Positions 1 to 13,221 of a DNA stretch of 64,000 bases are shown in pieces. How positions within the stretch are numbered: the first letter of the stretch is position 1; every line of letters begins with the position of its first letter. Both the position numbers and the translations under genes were made by a program. The stretch is from Octopus vulgaris (lineage: Eukaryota), in the NCBI GenBank assembly GCA_951406725.2, contig OX597815.1:33976001-34040000 (forward strand), written 5' to 3'. The notes beneath the pieces are model-generated. The model did not search any database. It had not been told where the DNA came from and was given only the letters and a program-made list of their open reading frames with translations.

Positions 1-715
1 GAACGCCCAACCCCATTTAAACAGACCCGTCATATCTGGCTGTTTTTATGGCATCTGCATTTTCTAGACCAACACATCAAAACACGAACACTGGTTTTGT
101 AAGGGTTATTTGTGACGATTTATATTTACCGTAGTAGCACCCAAAAGCAAAAAGCAAAAACAAAAAAAAAAAGAAAAATCATAAATACACAAATACTACT
201 AAATTTGTACATTTGTGCAACCATATTTGAACGTGCGCGCACACATACACCCACGCAAATTAATTTTGATATGGATCAGATAAAATGTTACTGGTTGAAC
301 ATATCAAATGATCTTACTTCCCGTCTTTTTGAATCACGTGCTCCATGGTTCGCCTTATGAATATTAATTCAAGGTGCCTTATGAATATTAATTTAGATTT
401 ACAATCCGAAATGAATATGTGCTCATTACTCATTACTACATATAAATTGGAAAATATATTCATTTTCAGATGAGTGAATGATGTTATAATTCACTTTCAA
501 TATGGCTCGAAGCAAATTAAGTCATGAACTAATTTTTAGATTAGAAACTGATTAATTAATATTTCTTTGATGATTGGTTTATATAAAACTCTAATCCGAT
601 TATTTTTATTACATGCCATCTCAGTAGTTACCCCATCTCACACAAATCGAATGAGAAACAGCGGACAGAAAGATTCCATGATGCTGCACAGATAAGTATC
701 AACTTCTCAAGATGA

Positions 716-1134
716 TGGTTAACTTAGATAAACTTAGATATGTTTCGACCAGAGATTGGTCCAGGCCATGTCTAACTTAATAGCACCACCTGATAGGTTT
801 ATTGGAATCCTGTTTAAGTCAAGTTGGTCCATTCAAGTAGTGAGTTCTTGTTGGGTGAGTTGTATCCAATTATGGGTGGCTTATCTGGTATTCTTTGAAG
901 GAATCTATCCAGACTCCGTTTAAAGTTGATGGGATCCTTTTCCTCTTTGATCTCTTTCGGGACAATGTTAAATAGGGCAGGGCCTGTTGAGGAAGAGAAA
1001 TTATGTTGCAGTGTACATGTATGCTGTGATCTTGAATTGGGCAGGGGACGTATGGCCCGTGGTCCCAGTCTTGGATGAACCTTGAAGCTAATAGAGGTAA
1101 ATTTTCGACAGTTCAGTTGAAGTTCCTGTTTCAA
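716..1134 (-). mobile_element. 3' end of a CR1/L2-group non-LTR retrotransposon (RT C-terminus, 3'UTR, short repeat tail)
   Basis: ORF 814-1134 reads GPALFNIVPKEIK..FKRSLDRFLQRIPDKP..GY..NSLLEW, the typical C-terminus of CR1/L2-group ORF2; tail (aacttagata)x2 at 721-740. Confidence 0.75.
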
Positions 1135-1205
1135 TTCACGCTGTTTATTCTACATTATACTATCGATAGATTTTAAATAGTTTAAATCTTCAAATTTCTT
1201 CTCAG

Positions 1206-1274
1206 CTAAAAATGTAGGATTATTTTTGTGAACCAAAATAAAAGAATATCAATTTCGACGCTGAGTATATGTCG
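1206..1274 (+). CDS. candidate exon containing a start codon (ATG TCG at 1269-1274) of an unidentified host gene
   Basis: pyrimidine-rich acceptor tttcttctcag ends 1205; strong donor tcg|gtaagt at 1275; phase 0 matches next candidate exon. Confidence 0.45.
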
Positions 1275-1736
1275 GTAAGTTTTTCACAATTTCTTTGGGC
1301 GTTATTCTTTTCCCATGGGTATGTGTGTGTGTTTTTATGTTAACAGTTTATATCCTAGGGCAGCTACCACAACAACCAGTTACATCACATGCTTTTAATC
1401 CAAACCTAAATTTGTGTTTATAAGATGCAGGCTTTGTGTGTTTATGTGTATGTATGTGTGTGTTGATCGTTGGTGTTCTAAAGTTGTAAATGAAAACATC
1501 TACAATTATGGTACCTACAAGAATCATAGCAATGTTACACATTATTATCGATAAGCATCGTCATCAGAGAACGGACTTTTGTGAAAAAAAATATCTGGCG
1601 TGTCCCAAACAGGGAGAAATATTTAAATAGCGCTCCACTTGTTCTTCCCGAAGGAACATTGCATGCATTACCCACCACCAACACTCATACAAGCACACAC
1701 ACACACATACACACACACTCGAAATCTCTTTCACAG

Positions 1737-1853
1737 GATGATTACCGGTGTAACAATAAGACAGAATCATCGGTTAGTTCGGTTAGATCACGACCGCTGA
1801 CAAACATACAGACAACCAAAGCAGATTCACCGGTGATGGAACAGTGGAGAGAA
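1737..1853 (+). CDS. candidate internal coding exon DDYRCNNKTESSVSSVRSRPLTNIQTTKADSPVMEQWRE (unidentified product)
   Basis: acceptor ctctttcacag|, donor gaa|gtaagg, exactly 117 nt, stop-free, phase 0-0, non-repetitive. Confidence 0.5.
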
Positions 1854-2920
1854 GTAAGGACTTTATAATCCTTCAGTCAGTATTTTACAATCCTTCAGAT
1901 TTTATTATAACCCTTCAGTTAGTTAATATGAAAGAGCATCCAGCAAGCAGCTTTAGTGATTTTTAGTTCTGTCGTCCAAGGTTTATATTTCAAATACTAC
2001 TCTGAGGACGTACCACCAATCAACTGAGTCTAATCCGATGGTTTAGGTTTATTTGACTGTCTTGTACAATTGTCGTTTCTTTAGAACTTTGAATTTCGGG
2101 AAAACTGTGCTTACAGAAGAAAAAAATGAACAAAGGAGTAAAGATCTCAGGTGAAATATATTCGTGGGTCCTGTGTTAATAAGGGAATCTGTAAATTAGA
2201 AAGAAAAACAAACAAAAGCGCAAAGTAAATTTCTTCAATTCTTATTTACATTGGCAAATTGTATAGATCGTCCTAATATAGTAACCCTCTTATACTTCGA
2301 ACGATGTTGATAATTAATGATTAGATTTTGAAAATCAAGTTTGCTCTGTTATTTCATTTAATTTTACTGTACATCAATAGTTTATAAATAACTTTTGAAA
2401 GACTTAACTTTGACTTAAATTCACTGAAGATATAAATTACAGATGAGAAAAAATTCCTAACAATGCAGAATTTTTAACTAGATTTGAGTCTATGCTTTAC
2501 AGGGAAGATTAATACAACGAAAGAAAAAAATTCTGTAAGAAGCATTCGGTATTTTGAACAATAAATAATTACTTCTACTCTGAATAGAAGAAAAATAAAT
2601 TATTCTAAATATTCTACTACACAGAAAATGATGTCATGCGGATGGAAAAAATCCAACAAAAAGCAAAAACAAACTATATTAATGACAAGAAAAAGACCTG
2701 ATTCTGGAATTAAAAGTACGATGTTCTCATTTCTGAGTATAAATAGGCTTTGCTTGCTGGTCGGAGATGGAATCTAGCAATGTGATAGATTAATCCTACT
2801 GCACAACGTGTGTTGGTTTCATTTGTACTAAACAAAACCTCATCAATTTGAAAGAATATCCAGGTGAAAAACATTGAAATGTTTTGCCGAATTCAGTACA
2901 CGTACAAACCGAAATGATAT

Positions 2921-3130
<210 letters not shown>

Positions 3131-3476
3131 TTTGTTGTTTGCATATATTATTGATGTATTAGTGTATTAGCAGTGGATTAATTGAGAAATCAGAAAATGA
3201 AATTGCTATCGTTGAGAACAATAGCACGCGAGTAATTTTTTTTATAAAGGATGATACACAAATCTCATCAGGAACAGATGGTGCAATTTACTCGATGAAA
3301 AGGATGCCATAATAGGGCAGTTTTCCACTGAACAGATAATTTAAAGCCGCGTGTTTCAACTATTTTTACTTTAACTGAAATATATCATTGCGGTTAAGGA
3401 ATTCACTTTGCAACCACATCATTCTGAGTTCAATCCCTATGCAACCAACGTCTTTGATAGATACTGTGCATGAAAC

Positions 3477-3633
<157 letters not shown>

Positions 3634-3644
3634 AATGTATGTAT

Positions 3645-3854
3645 GTGTTGAAAAGTTCCTGGCTTTAAGGGTATTGCGAAAGGCCTGGTTGGAGGCCCAA
3701 CCTTCCGAGTTCTTTCATAGGGCTTAGAAAACTTAAAGGTCCACTGCAATATGCATGTGAATCTGCGAGAGGAATATGTTAAAATAAAATCATAATTAAC
3801 TGATATACCTGTATTTTCATTTATCCAAAACCAGAAACTTTTCAGCACCCCCTC
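3645..3854 (+). mobile_element. mariner-derived MITE
   Basis: TIRs gtgttgaaaagttcctgg / ccagaaacttttcagcaccccctc; internal remnant GLEKL..C..V.LRGEYV resembles the mariner transposase C-terminus. Confidence 0.7.
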
Positions 3855-4744
3855 TTGCGCACGAGCACATGCGTGCATGTACGCATGCATGCATATATAC
3901 GATAGTATTGAGTAATGAAAATGAGTGCTCAACACTGCATTTGTTGGATGAATATTTATCCAACAAATTTGTGTATGTTAAATCTAGTTCAAAATTCTGC
4001 ATTGTTAGGAATTTTTTCTCATCTGTAATTTATATCTTCGGTGAATTTAAGTCAAAGTTAAGTCTTTCAAAAGTTATATATAAATAACTGATGTACAGGA
4101 AAATTAAATGAAATAACAGAGCAAACTTGATTTTCAAAATCTAATCATTAATTATCAACATTGTTCGAAGTATAAGAGGGTTACTATATTAGGACGATCT
4201 ATACAATTTTCCAATGTAAATAAGAATTGAAGAAATTTACTTAGCGTTTTTGCTTGTTTTTCTTTCTAATTTACAGATTCCCTTATTAACACAGGACCCA
4301 CGAATATATTTCACCTGAGATCTTTACCCCTTTGTTCATTTTTTTCTTCTGTAAGCACAGTTTTCACGAAATTCAAAGTTCTAAAGAAACAACAATTGTA
4401 CAAGACAGTCAAATAAACCTAAACCATCGAATTAGCCTCAGTGCTACCAAAGGTTTTATGTGGTAAAAATGCCATCAGTTTTGGTGGGATTACCATGCTT
4501 ACCTTATGCAAAATGGAGGTAATTAGCAACATTCTTGAGCAGAACTTATGAAAGATTGTCTAACTTTATCCAGATGAAAAACCATCGGGCTAAAACATTT
4601 TAAAGAATTTAAGGATTTAATTCACAAATAAAAATCGCGTGCATGTATATATATATATATATATGGCCACAGCTCAAGAGCTGAAACTGGAAAACATAAA
4701 CATAAATAAAATATATATATATATATATATATATCCGTTATATA

Positions 4745-4922
4745 TAGATCGTTAGCCACTACACACATTTTTTTCTCTCCTTGTTTTTTCTGGGTACCTT
4801 TCTGTAGAAGAGCGTAGGCTCGAAACGTAAAAGACTTTTTCTATTCCTGAGCGCTATACTAATACATCTGTTTGTTTTGTACACCACCTGTCTTCGTCTT
4901 TTGTTTTTTTCGTAAACTTTCC
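4745..4922 (+). mobile_element. Penelope-like terminal repeat with hammerhead-like motif (4798-4833), between (TA)n tracts
   Basis: cttt-CTGTAGA-a-gagc-gtag-gctc-GAAAC-GTA-aaag; the same family at 20190-20360 is attached to a PLE RT YIDD fragment. Confidence 0.65.
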
Positions 4923-4923
4923 G

Positions 4924-4983
<60 letters not shown>

Positions 4984-5004
4984 TGTACGTATATATATAT
5001 ATTT

Positions 5005-5372
5005 TAATTTGTTTCAGTCATTTGACTGCGGTCATGCTGGAGTACCGCCTTTAATCGAACCAATCGATCCCAGTACTTATTCTTTGTAAGCCTCGTACTT
5101 ATTCTATCGGTCACTTTAGTCGAACCTCTAGATTACATGGACTTAAACACACCAACATCGGTCGTCAAGCGATGAAGGTGGGCAAACACACACGCGCGCG
5201 CGCACACACACACACATACGATGGACTTCTTTCAGTTTCCGTCTACCAAATCCACTCACAATGCTTTGGTCGGCTCGAAGTTATAGTAGAAGATATTTAC
5301 TCAAGATGCTACGCGGTGGGACTGAACTCGGAAGCATGTGCTTGGTAAGCAAACTACTTATCACACAACCTG

Positions 5373-5375
<3 letters not shown>
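5005..5375 (-). mobile_element. SINE family B (ggagtggctgtgtggtaag.. head), diverged
   Basis: reverse complement matches copies at 15957, 20365, 21628. Confidence 0.85.
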
Positions 5376-5430
<55 letters not shown>

Positions 5431-5559
5431 ATGGCGGTGCCCCAGCATGGCCACAGCTCATGAGCTGAAACTAAAATCAATCAATCAATCATATATATAT
5501 ATGTTTCAGTCTGCCGAAACGAATTGATATGCCCACATATAACATCGAAAGGTACATCT

Positions 5560-5665
5560 CTTTTCCTCTGATGAAATTATACTCATGTCACATAAGTGTA
5601 AATTTAATGTACAAATTTTTATTAAATCATTGAGTATTAATTGAAACAGCTGTAAGAAGCGAAGA
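5560..5665 (+). ncRNA. type-I hammerhead ribozyme motif within a PLE-like terminal repeat (~5500-5870)
   Basis: CTGATGA 5568-5574; long stem II aattatactca..tgagtattaatt; GAAAC-AGCT-GTA 5643-5654; imperfect stem I; flanked by (TA)n. Confidence 0.7.
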
Positions 5666-5865
5666 TGTCCAATTTATTAATAACAATAAACAGTTATTAA
5701 CTTCCTTATCTTCATTTTCCTTTCTTCTTTTAAATAGATATAAACTATATGCTTTATATATACCTATCGTTTTAAGGGAATTTCATTCCCCCAAAATACT
5801 AGGTATTGAACCAGTATTTCCTGGGATGCAATAATTCCATCACGAAGTTAACATATTCTCTGATC

Positions 5866-5905
<40 letters not shown>

Positions 5906-5906
<1 letters not shown>

Positions 5907-6185
5907 GCAAGAGAGAAGATTGAGCTGGTATGGAGATGTGACCATCGGATATTGAGTCTCATGGAGGCGATGACAAGCCAAGCGAAATCGTAGTCGTGAC
6001 CAGTAACAGGCACTCACTGCAGTCTTGGAGTGGTTGGCGTTAGGAAGGGCATCCGGCCATAGAAACCAAGCCAAGACAGACTGGAAACTGGTACAACTCT
6101 CCGGCTTACCCGTCCCAGTCAAACCGTCTAACCCATGCTAGTGTGTAGAACGGGCACTAAATGATGATGATGATAATGATGATGA
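5906..6185 (+). mobile_element. RTE-related retroposon 3' end with (TGA)n tail
   Basis: QERRLSWYGDV RTE-like peptide; aggaagggcatccggcc..aaaccgtctaacccatgc 3' motif; (gat)n tail. Confidence 0.6.
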
Positions 6186-6284
6186 CACGCACACACACAC
6201 ACACATACACACACACGCACGCACACACATACATGTACGCATGAATGTATGTATGCACGCTCGTGTTTGCGTGTCTGTGTAGAC

Positions 6285-7725
6285 CAAGGGTGGGGAATCC
6301 CTTACCCGCGGGCGCAATTGCGCTCGCGAGCCTATTTTATTTCGCCCACAGGCTGTTATACTCGTGTGTACAAAACAGTTATTTTTCAATTATAAAATTT
6401 ATTCACTATTCGTGTGTTTATTTGCGACATAGGTCGCGTTTCCACTACGACTCAAAACGGTTAGACTGGAACAGAAAATCGTCCGGTAATTGCCATTTGA
6501 ATGGAAATTTTGCTTTCACTATAAAACACATATTGAGACCCAACTACACTCTAGTTGAAAAGTATAGAAACCTCATAAGTAATATATATGTCCTAAATTC
6601 AGTGGCGGCGTTAACGAAGCTGTTACGCGTTAATTTAATGTTAAAATTATCTTTATTAATGTATATCGAATTATACATAGATATATACAAGTCTAAAAGC
6701 ACAGATTTTACGTTTGAACTAAATAAGCGGAGTTTAGTTCGAGTTGAGATGGCAGTTGACTTCCATACCGGCCGAAGAATAGCGAAGGCTTGTCAAGCCT
6801 CCTTGCTTCTTGCCGTGATGTCCTCGTCTGATCCACCTGATTTGCTGATCTTGCTACCAAGACAGATAAACTCACTAACGTCCTCCACAGGTGCCCCCTC
6901 AATTGTGATTGGCTCTTCCTGCTTGTTGTTGGTACGCAGCACTTTTGTCTTTTCCCCGGCTGACCCTCAAGCCCATTTGCCGTGAAGTTTCTGTCAGGTG
7001 GTCTACCTTATCTTGCATGTCTTGCAGGCGATGTGACAGTAGCGCGAGATCATCCGCGTAGCTCAAGTCCTCCACCTTCTTCATCAGTGTCCACTGAATA
7101 CCTTTCTCAGATGTATCATAGGCCGCCCTGGTGACCCAGTCCAGCACGACGAGGAACAGGAGCGGTGATAACAAACATCCCTGTCTGACTCCTGTGCTGA
7201 CCCTGAATTCCTCCGACAATCTCCCAGCAACTACGAGAAGATCCAGACCTTCATCAACAAATGTCTCCAGCAGATCCCCCACCTGAAGTGGTTCGACAGA
7301 GTGCCAAACACCGACCTGTGGGAAAGGGCCAACCAGAAGCCCATACATGTTCAGATTAGACGAAGGAAATGGAGATGGATCAAACGCACTGCGGAAAGAA
7401 CCCTCAAATGTGACACGACAAGCACTTGACTGGAACCCACAGGGGAAAAGGAAGAGAGGACGCCCGAAGCAGACATGGAAGTGGAGCATTTTGGACGAGC
7501 TCAGGACCACCGGCCTGACATGGGAAGCAGCCAAGAAACACGCCAATGACCGCAAAAAGTGGAAAACAACTGTTGAGGCCCTATGCTCCACAAGGGGCAA
7601 AAAGGATTAAGAAGAAGAATATACAAGATCTACACAGATATAAGAGTTAGAACTTGTGATCCGCCCGCGAACCTTTTTTCATTGTAAATGTTTGTCTGCC
7701 ACACTGAAAAGTTTCCCTACCTCTG
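6285..7725. mobile_element. hAT (Charlie-like) non-autonomous element interrupted by an RTE LINE
   Basis: TIRs caagggtggggaa / ttccctacctctg; perfect 8-bp TSD gtgtagac at 6277-6284 and 7726-7733. Confidence 0.85.
6692..7618. mobile_element. 5'-truncated RTE-clade LINE with 5' inversion (6692-~7228 minus; ~7229-7618 plus)
   Basis: minus: GVRQGCLLSPLLF..YADDLALL RT motifs; plus: RQALDWNPQGKRKRGRPKQTW..ALCSTRGKKD*; (gaa)n tail; 9-bp TSD atatacaag 6683-6691 / 7619-7627. Confidence 0.92.
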
Positions 7726-8772
7726 GTGTAGACCGAGGTGGAATGGCCAAACGGTGAGTCGAGATGCATTCCTTTACGTCAAAAGTGAATCTAGATGTTC
7801 AATAAAAATTAATTGATGAAATAAGTATAATACTTAAATAAGTATTGAGATCGATATGATCAACTGAACACCATTAGGTGGAGGTGGTGCCCCTTTATGG
7901 TGGAAGGGAAATACTTAAAACCAGTAAAAGAATTATAGAACATCACAAATGGCTAATGAAGCTATATTCTACTTGTCTTGAAATTGTTTTATTGCTGTTT
8001 AGCGGTATTTAATACAAGTGTCTAGGAAGTGGTGTTATATTATTGAAGTTTGATGGTGATTTTTTTTATTTTAATTTAACGGTCATTAAATATATGTGAC
8101 TGAGAGTTATAAAATATTAATGAAAAATAAAAGGTAGATATAAAGAGAACATAAAGCTGTCTGTGAACAAATATCACACGGGAAACCGTATGATATTATG
8201 TGTATGTATGAGCGTGTGTGTGTATGCTTGTATGTGTGTGTGTGTGTATGCCTGTGTGTGTATGTGTGCACGTGTGTGTTCAAGGAGGGCGAGTAGAGAA
8301 GGAGAAAAAGAGAGGAGGGAGAGAGAAGGACACGGGGCGGGGAAGGCGTAATTATACTGTTTTTCTTAGGACAGTCAGACTCGAGCAGAACTATGATAAA
8401 ATTCCACCCACGACCATCCTGTTTTTTTAAAAATATATGTAACTAAGACTATATTTTCTAATGTGTCCTTTCTTTTTAAGGTTAGTTTCAAGGCGTTGAT
8501 TGTTATTTCCAACAGGTCTACGAACCACCTACTTATTGTATTGGGTGAGAGCGTGACAGAAATTCAAATACGCAAGTCCAGTGGTTTTGTGTTCAAGATC
8601 CGTCGGGGTACACACTGCTTCCAACCCATCCATGATCGATAAATGAAGAACGATACTTCTCTCTCAAAACTTGTGAGCTGGTGTCTTTCTAAGAAATAAA
8701 TATATTGTTATTCAAATTATGTAATTTTCACCTCTGGGATGCTTTTCCTCCCGTGTGCTAGTATGTCGACGA

Positions 8773-8863
<91 letters not shown>

Positions 8864-8941
8864 CGTGCGTGCGTGTGAAGGGAAGACGAGAAGAAAGGGA
8901 CGAAAAGAGAGACAGAGAGACAGAGTTTATCATAATTACTG

Positions 8942-9132
8942 ATTTCAAATTTTGGCACAAAGCCAGGTATTTCAAGGGAGTCGGTACGTCGATTACATTG
9001 ACACCGGTGCTCAACTGATACATATTCTGTCGACCACAATAGCCTAAGCTGGCCTCGGCGGAATTTGAGTTCAGAACGAAAAGACGGACGGAAGTATTTT
9101 GCCCAGCGTGCTAACGATTCTGTCAGCTCACG
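8942..9132 (-). mobile_element. SINE family C (aggcggcgagctggcagaa.. type), diverged
   Basis: similarity to copies at 23245 and 32682. Confidence 0.7.
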
Positions 9133-9600
9133 GATTTGGATTAAATTATAATTATTGTATGATAATAATTATTGTGACAAAAGTATGCTTCCAAAATTAC
9201 CCAAAGTTACATCAAGTCTTCCATCCAGGTTAGGCTGCTCCGATGTAGAAAGTCGACTACAAGAAGGATCTTCCAGCGAGTATGAGTAAAAATTGATTAC
9301 AGCATTCAGTCATTTGTATTTTTCTTCTTTTTATTACTTAAAAATTTATAACTTTGAGTCATATTTATTATGATCGTTTAAATGAAAATAGTTGTAAATA
9401 TTCGAAAATATTTTTCGTTCAGATTGACGTACATGTCGATAAAAGACAGTAAAACAAACCACGAAGTACATATTTGAGTTTCAATTTAGAACTGAACTGT
9501 GTTACTAGTATGAGTTCATCGATGGAGTGCTATTAGCTATGGTCAAGTCACTAATAAAGCCATGAAAAACTTATTCATAAATACTATATGAACATATTTG

Positions 9601-9986
9601 TGGAGGCGCAATGGCCCAGTGGTTAGGGCAGCGGACTCGCGGTCATAGGATTGCGGTTTCGATTCCCAGACCGGGCGTTGTGAGTGTTTATTGAGCGAAA
9701 ACACCTAAAGCTCCACGAGGCTCCGGCAGGGGATGGTGGTGATCCCTGCTGTACTCTTTCACCACAACTTTCTCTCACTCTTACTTCCTGTTTCTGTTGT
9801 ACCTGTATTTCAAGGGGCCGGCCTTGTCACTCTCTGTGTCACGCTGAATATCCCCAAGAACTACGTTATGGGTGCACGTGTCTGTGGAGTGCTCAGCCAC
9901 TTACACGTTAATTTCACGAGCAGGCTGTTCCGTTGATTCGGATCAACCGGAACCCTCGTCGTCGTAACCGACGGAGTGCTTCCATC
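9601..9986 (+). mobile_element. tRNA-derived SINE family A, full length
   Basis: A-box tggcccagtggttagg and B-box ggtttcgattccc; 13-bp TSD atgaacatatttg 9588-9600 / 9987-9999; near-identical to other copies. Confidence 0.92.
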
Positions 9987-10084
9987 ATGAACATATTTGA
10001 TTCGGTGAATGTATGTTTTTAAAATGTATCACCTGAATAAACATTTCGTACGTTTCATTGTCAATCGTTTATTTTGGAAATCGA

Positions 10085-10490
10085 GGCCATACCCAAGGCC
10101 TTTGCAAATCCTTCGAGGACGATGCAATTGTTGTTCTTGAATAACTTGAAATTAATGACTGCAGAGCAAACATTAACAGGAAAGGAATTCCAGAATGAGG
10201 AATTCTGGGAAACAAGGATTGAAATTAGCGGGGGCGAGGCTTCGAGGGAAGACACACTACATGTGACGAATGGGGGTGGGGTAAAAAACGAAGGATTTGA
10301 GTGGGATTGAGTGGAAGTAGCTCAAGACCAGTCAAATCTGATGATCAGAAACCATTGTTGGAGAAGCAGAAAAGTCAGATGAGGCAGAACGAGGAGACAT
10401 CATGTCTGTGATCGAGGAAAGTTGGAGTGTATTCGTTCAGTGGTGTCCTCGATCTCATCGGCCTTAAGCTGGCCCTGAGTTTGCGACACA
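10085..10490 (-). mobile_element. decayed CR1/L2-group LINE 3' fragment
   Basis: ..FWNSFPVNVCSAVINFKLFKNN matches the LWNSLP..NL..FK C-terminal motif. Confidence 0.55.
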
Positions 10491-11985
10491 GGTTATTTTT
10501 TTATTCTTCTTCATTGACTAAACCATCACTATTTCGATTAAACTTCCAGTCATAAAGACATCAATATTTTCCATCTTACCAACGAAAGTTTAACAGCGTA
10601 GAAAACATATAATATTGGTCTCAAATTTCGGTATATCCTTCTAGGGGTGGATAAAATAAATTTTTATAATGGTCCGCCATTAGTAGAATGAGCAGTTACC
10701 ATAACTTGTTTCAGGGCCTCAGTGAGTGGTGGAAAGAAGTTATTCACAAACCAGCGATTCGGCTCGAGATTAGACTCCGATAAATGCGTCTAAGAGCCAA
10801 ATGGTGATGTTAAAACGGACGACAGATAAAAATAGTTGTTAAAGTACAACGTTGTCAACAGAGAACTTCCGGCTTTCATATAACGGACACGAACACATAT
10901 ACAGATGACTGCAGCGATCATGTCAAACCTGGACAGTATAAAATTATCTCAGAATTTGATAATAGAACATTTCAATTTACCGTGATATAATTTTACGTTT
11001 CGTCACGTCACATTTTGAAAATTGCTTCGTTATTTTGCAAATTTAATCATTATGTTAGGAACATTAATTAAAGTTGTCAGATATTGAAAACTGTGAATTT
11101 GTAAGATATGGTAAACTGTCCGATTTGATTAAGTTAATGAAACCTTTCGTATAACATATTTGTTAGATTGTAACCAGCGAATTTAACCGAGCTGATGATG
11201 TACTATTAATTTAGTCAGATATCAGGGAGCTTACTAAAAGTACTCTGATAAGTACTTAGTGTTAATAAAACTAAAACATTTCGCTGTCACATTGAAAAAT
11301 CAATAAACACAAATATTGCAGTATTTAAATAGATCAAGAATTTGCATACTCATTTTAAGCAAATATAAATTTGTATGTTTGTGTGTGTGTGGGGGTATGT
11401 GTATGCATATATGTCTATGTATGCGTGTATATGTTTACGTGTGTGTGTATGTTTGTGTGTGTGCGTGTCTCTGTCTGCATGAGCCTGTGTGCGTGTGTTT
11501 GTGTTTGTGTGTGTTTGTGTGTGTGTGCGCGCGCGTATGTAACGCTTTGTTTGTTTCTTTTTTTTGGCTTCTCGATCAGTTAGGAATGTAATTAAAATAT
11601 TTGGTGGTTGTGCTATTTTACTTTAGTTCTTTGGTTGTTTCATTTTGTAGGAAAACACTTCCTTGCAAAAAAAAAAACAAATAAACAAAAAACAAACAAA
11701 CAAAAAAAAACAACAAAATACAAAAAACAAAAAGCAAAGCGTGTAATATGCAACACAGGCAGTAATCAAAGATAAAATAGACAGAGTGGTGACATTAAGC
11801 AGAGATGACCCAAACAACAGTAACTTTCTTCAGCTGAATACACGTCGCTGATTGGTTAAAATTACCCAAATACGACAATTTTAACACGAAATATCTTCTA
11901 AAATACAAAATTTTGTCAAAAATGCTGAAAGTAAACCGTGTTCAGCGTGAGAAATTACACGAGAATACGAAGTTTCAAACTGTTT

Positions 11986-11989
<4 letters not shown>

Positions 11990-12052
<63 letters not shown>

Positions 12053-12063
12053 TATAATAATTA
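11990..12063. repeat. (AAT)n microsatellite inside a diverged relative of the 35.6-kb MITE
   Basis: direct reading; flanks (gattggttaaaatt.., ..aaactgaagagatcc) resemble 35870-36060. Confidence 0.75.
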
Positions 12064-12838
12064 TAAAAGTCTGTAATCGAAACTGAAGAGATCCTCTGCA
12101 TCATTCTTTTCTAAGGGACCAACACAGTAAATCATGTCCAAAATAAATATTTTAAAAGTTCATGAGTTCATGAGTTTTCTTCCTTTATTATGCACACAGC
12201 CAGCCAGATCACGTGACAGTGGTCTTCAACAATACAATAAACAGCAACAAGTAACCACCGCGCGACGGTATTAAATGCTAAAAGGTTACGTCATCGGGTA
12301 TGGAATGGATTATTAAATATTCATTCGGTTAGCTTTCTTAAGTTCCTACTGAATGTAGTCATAAGCCAATGAGCGACTTTTACGTGGTCCTTCGATTTGC
12401 TAGAAATAAGTAACAGGTCTTTCTCAAAGCACATGCTACCTCAGGAGAAAAGCGCATGAAATAAAAATGTGTACGTTTATCGTTAACACGGGGGATTTTG
12501 TCTCGGTGAAAAATTCTCTTTATGTGTTAAAACAAACCGAGCCTAGCTCCAGGTTCCAGGGATAGTGTTTTGGTAGAATGCTTTTTGTTACAAACCTGAT
12601 AGGTTTTGGCTATTGCAGGGTGAAAAATGGGTATGCGGGTATTTCGAAAGTACCTGACGGAGCGATGACTGTACTCTGCGTAGAGTTACGGATTGCCCAT
12701 TGGCAAGGTATTACACTCGTTCAGCCACCCTGCCAGGGATACAGCAAAGTCATGGAACTGCAGCACAGCAGATTGTGGAGAGGAAACAGAAGAGCTCAAC
12801 TGAGCTCAACTGAGCCAACAGTGCTTCTTACATTGATG

Positions 12839-13221
12839 TGGAGGCGCAATGGCCCAGTGGTTAGGGCAGCGGACTCGCGGTCATAGGATTGCGGTTTCGA
12901 TTCTCAGACCGGGCGTTGTGAGTGTTTATTGACCGAAATCACCTAAAGCTCCACGAGGCTCCGGCAGGGGATGGTGGTGATCCCTGCTGTACTCTTTCAC
13001 CACAACTTTCTCTCACTCTTACTTCCTGTTTCTGTTGTACCTGTATTTCAAAGGGCCGGCCTTGTCACTCTCTGTGTCACGCTGAATATCCCCGAGAATT
13101 ACGTTAAGAGTACACGTGTCTGTGGAGTGCTCAGCCACTTACACGTTAATTTCACGAGCAGGCTGTTCCGTTGATTCGGATCAACCGGAACCCTCGTCGT
13201 CGGAACCGACGGAGTGCTTCC
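12839..13221 (+). mobile_element. SINE family A, full length
   Basis: near-identical to the 9601 copy; TSD acattgatg 12830-12838 / 13222-13230. Confidence 0.92.

Noticed and set aside
6245-6985. 246-aa plus-strand ORF
   Set aside because: Chance read-through of a hAT MITE and antisense RTE sequence
9601-9675. tRNA genes at SINE heads (also ~15380-15450 minus and ~36180-36250)
   Set aside because: A/B boxes present but no complete cloverleaf; continuous with SINE bodies or degenerate
9684-9936. Recurrent ORFs MFIERKHLK../MVVIPAVLFHH.. at 9.7, 12.9, 26.6 and 35.0 kb looking like a gene family
   Set aside because: They are the body of SINE family A (tRNA head, TSDs)
10715-10990. Possible coding exon after ttgtttcag
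   Set aside because: All frames hit stops within about 27 codons of the acceptor; no recognisable homology
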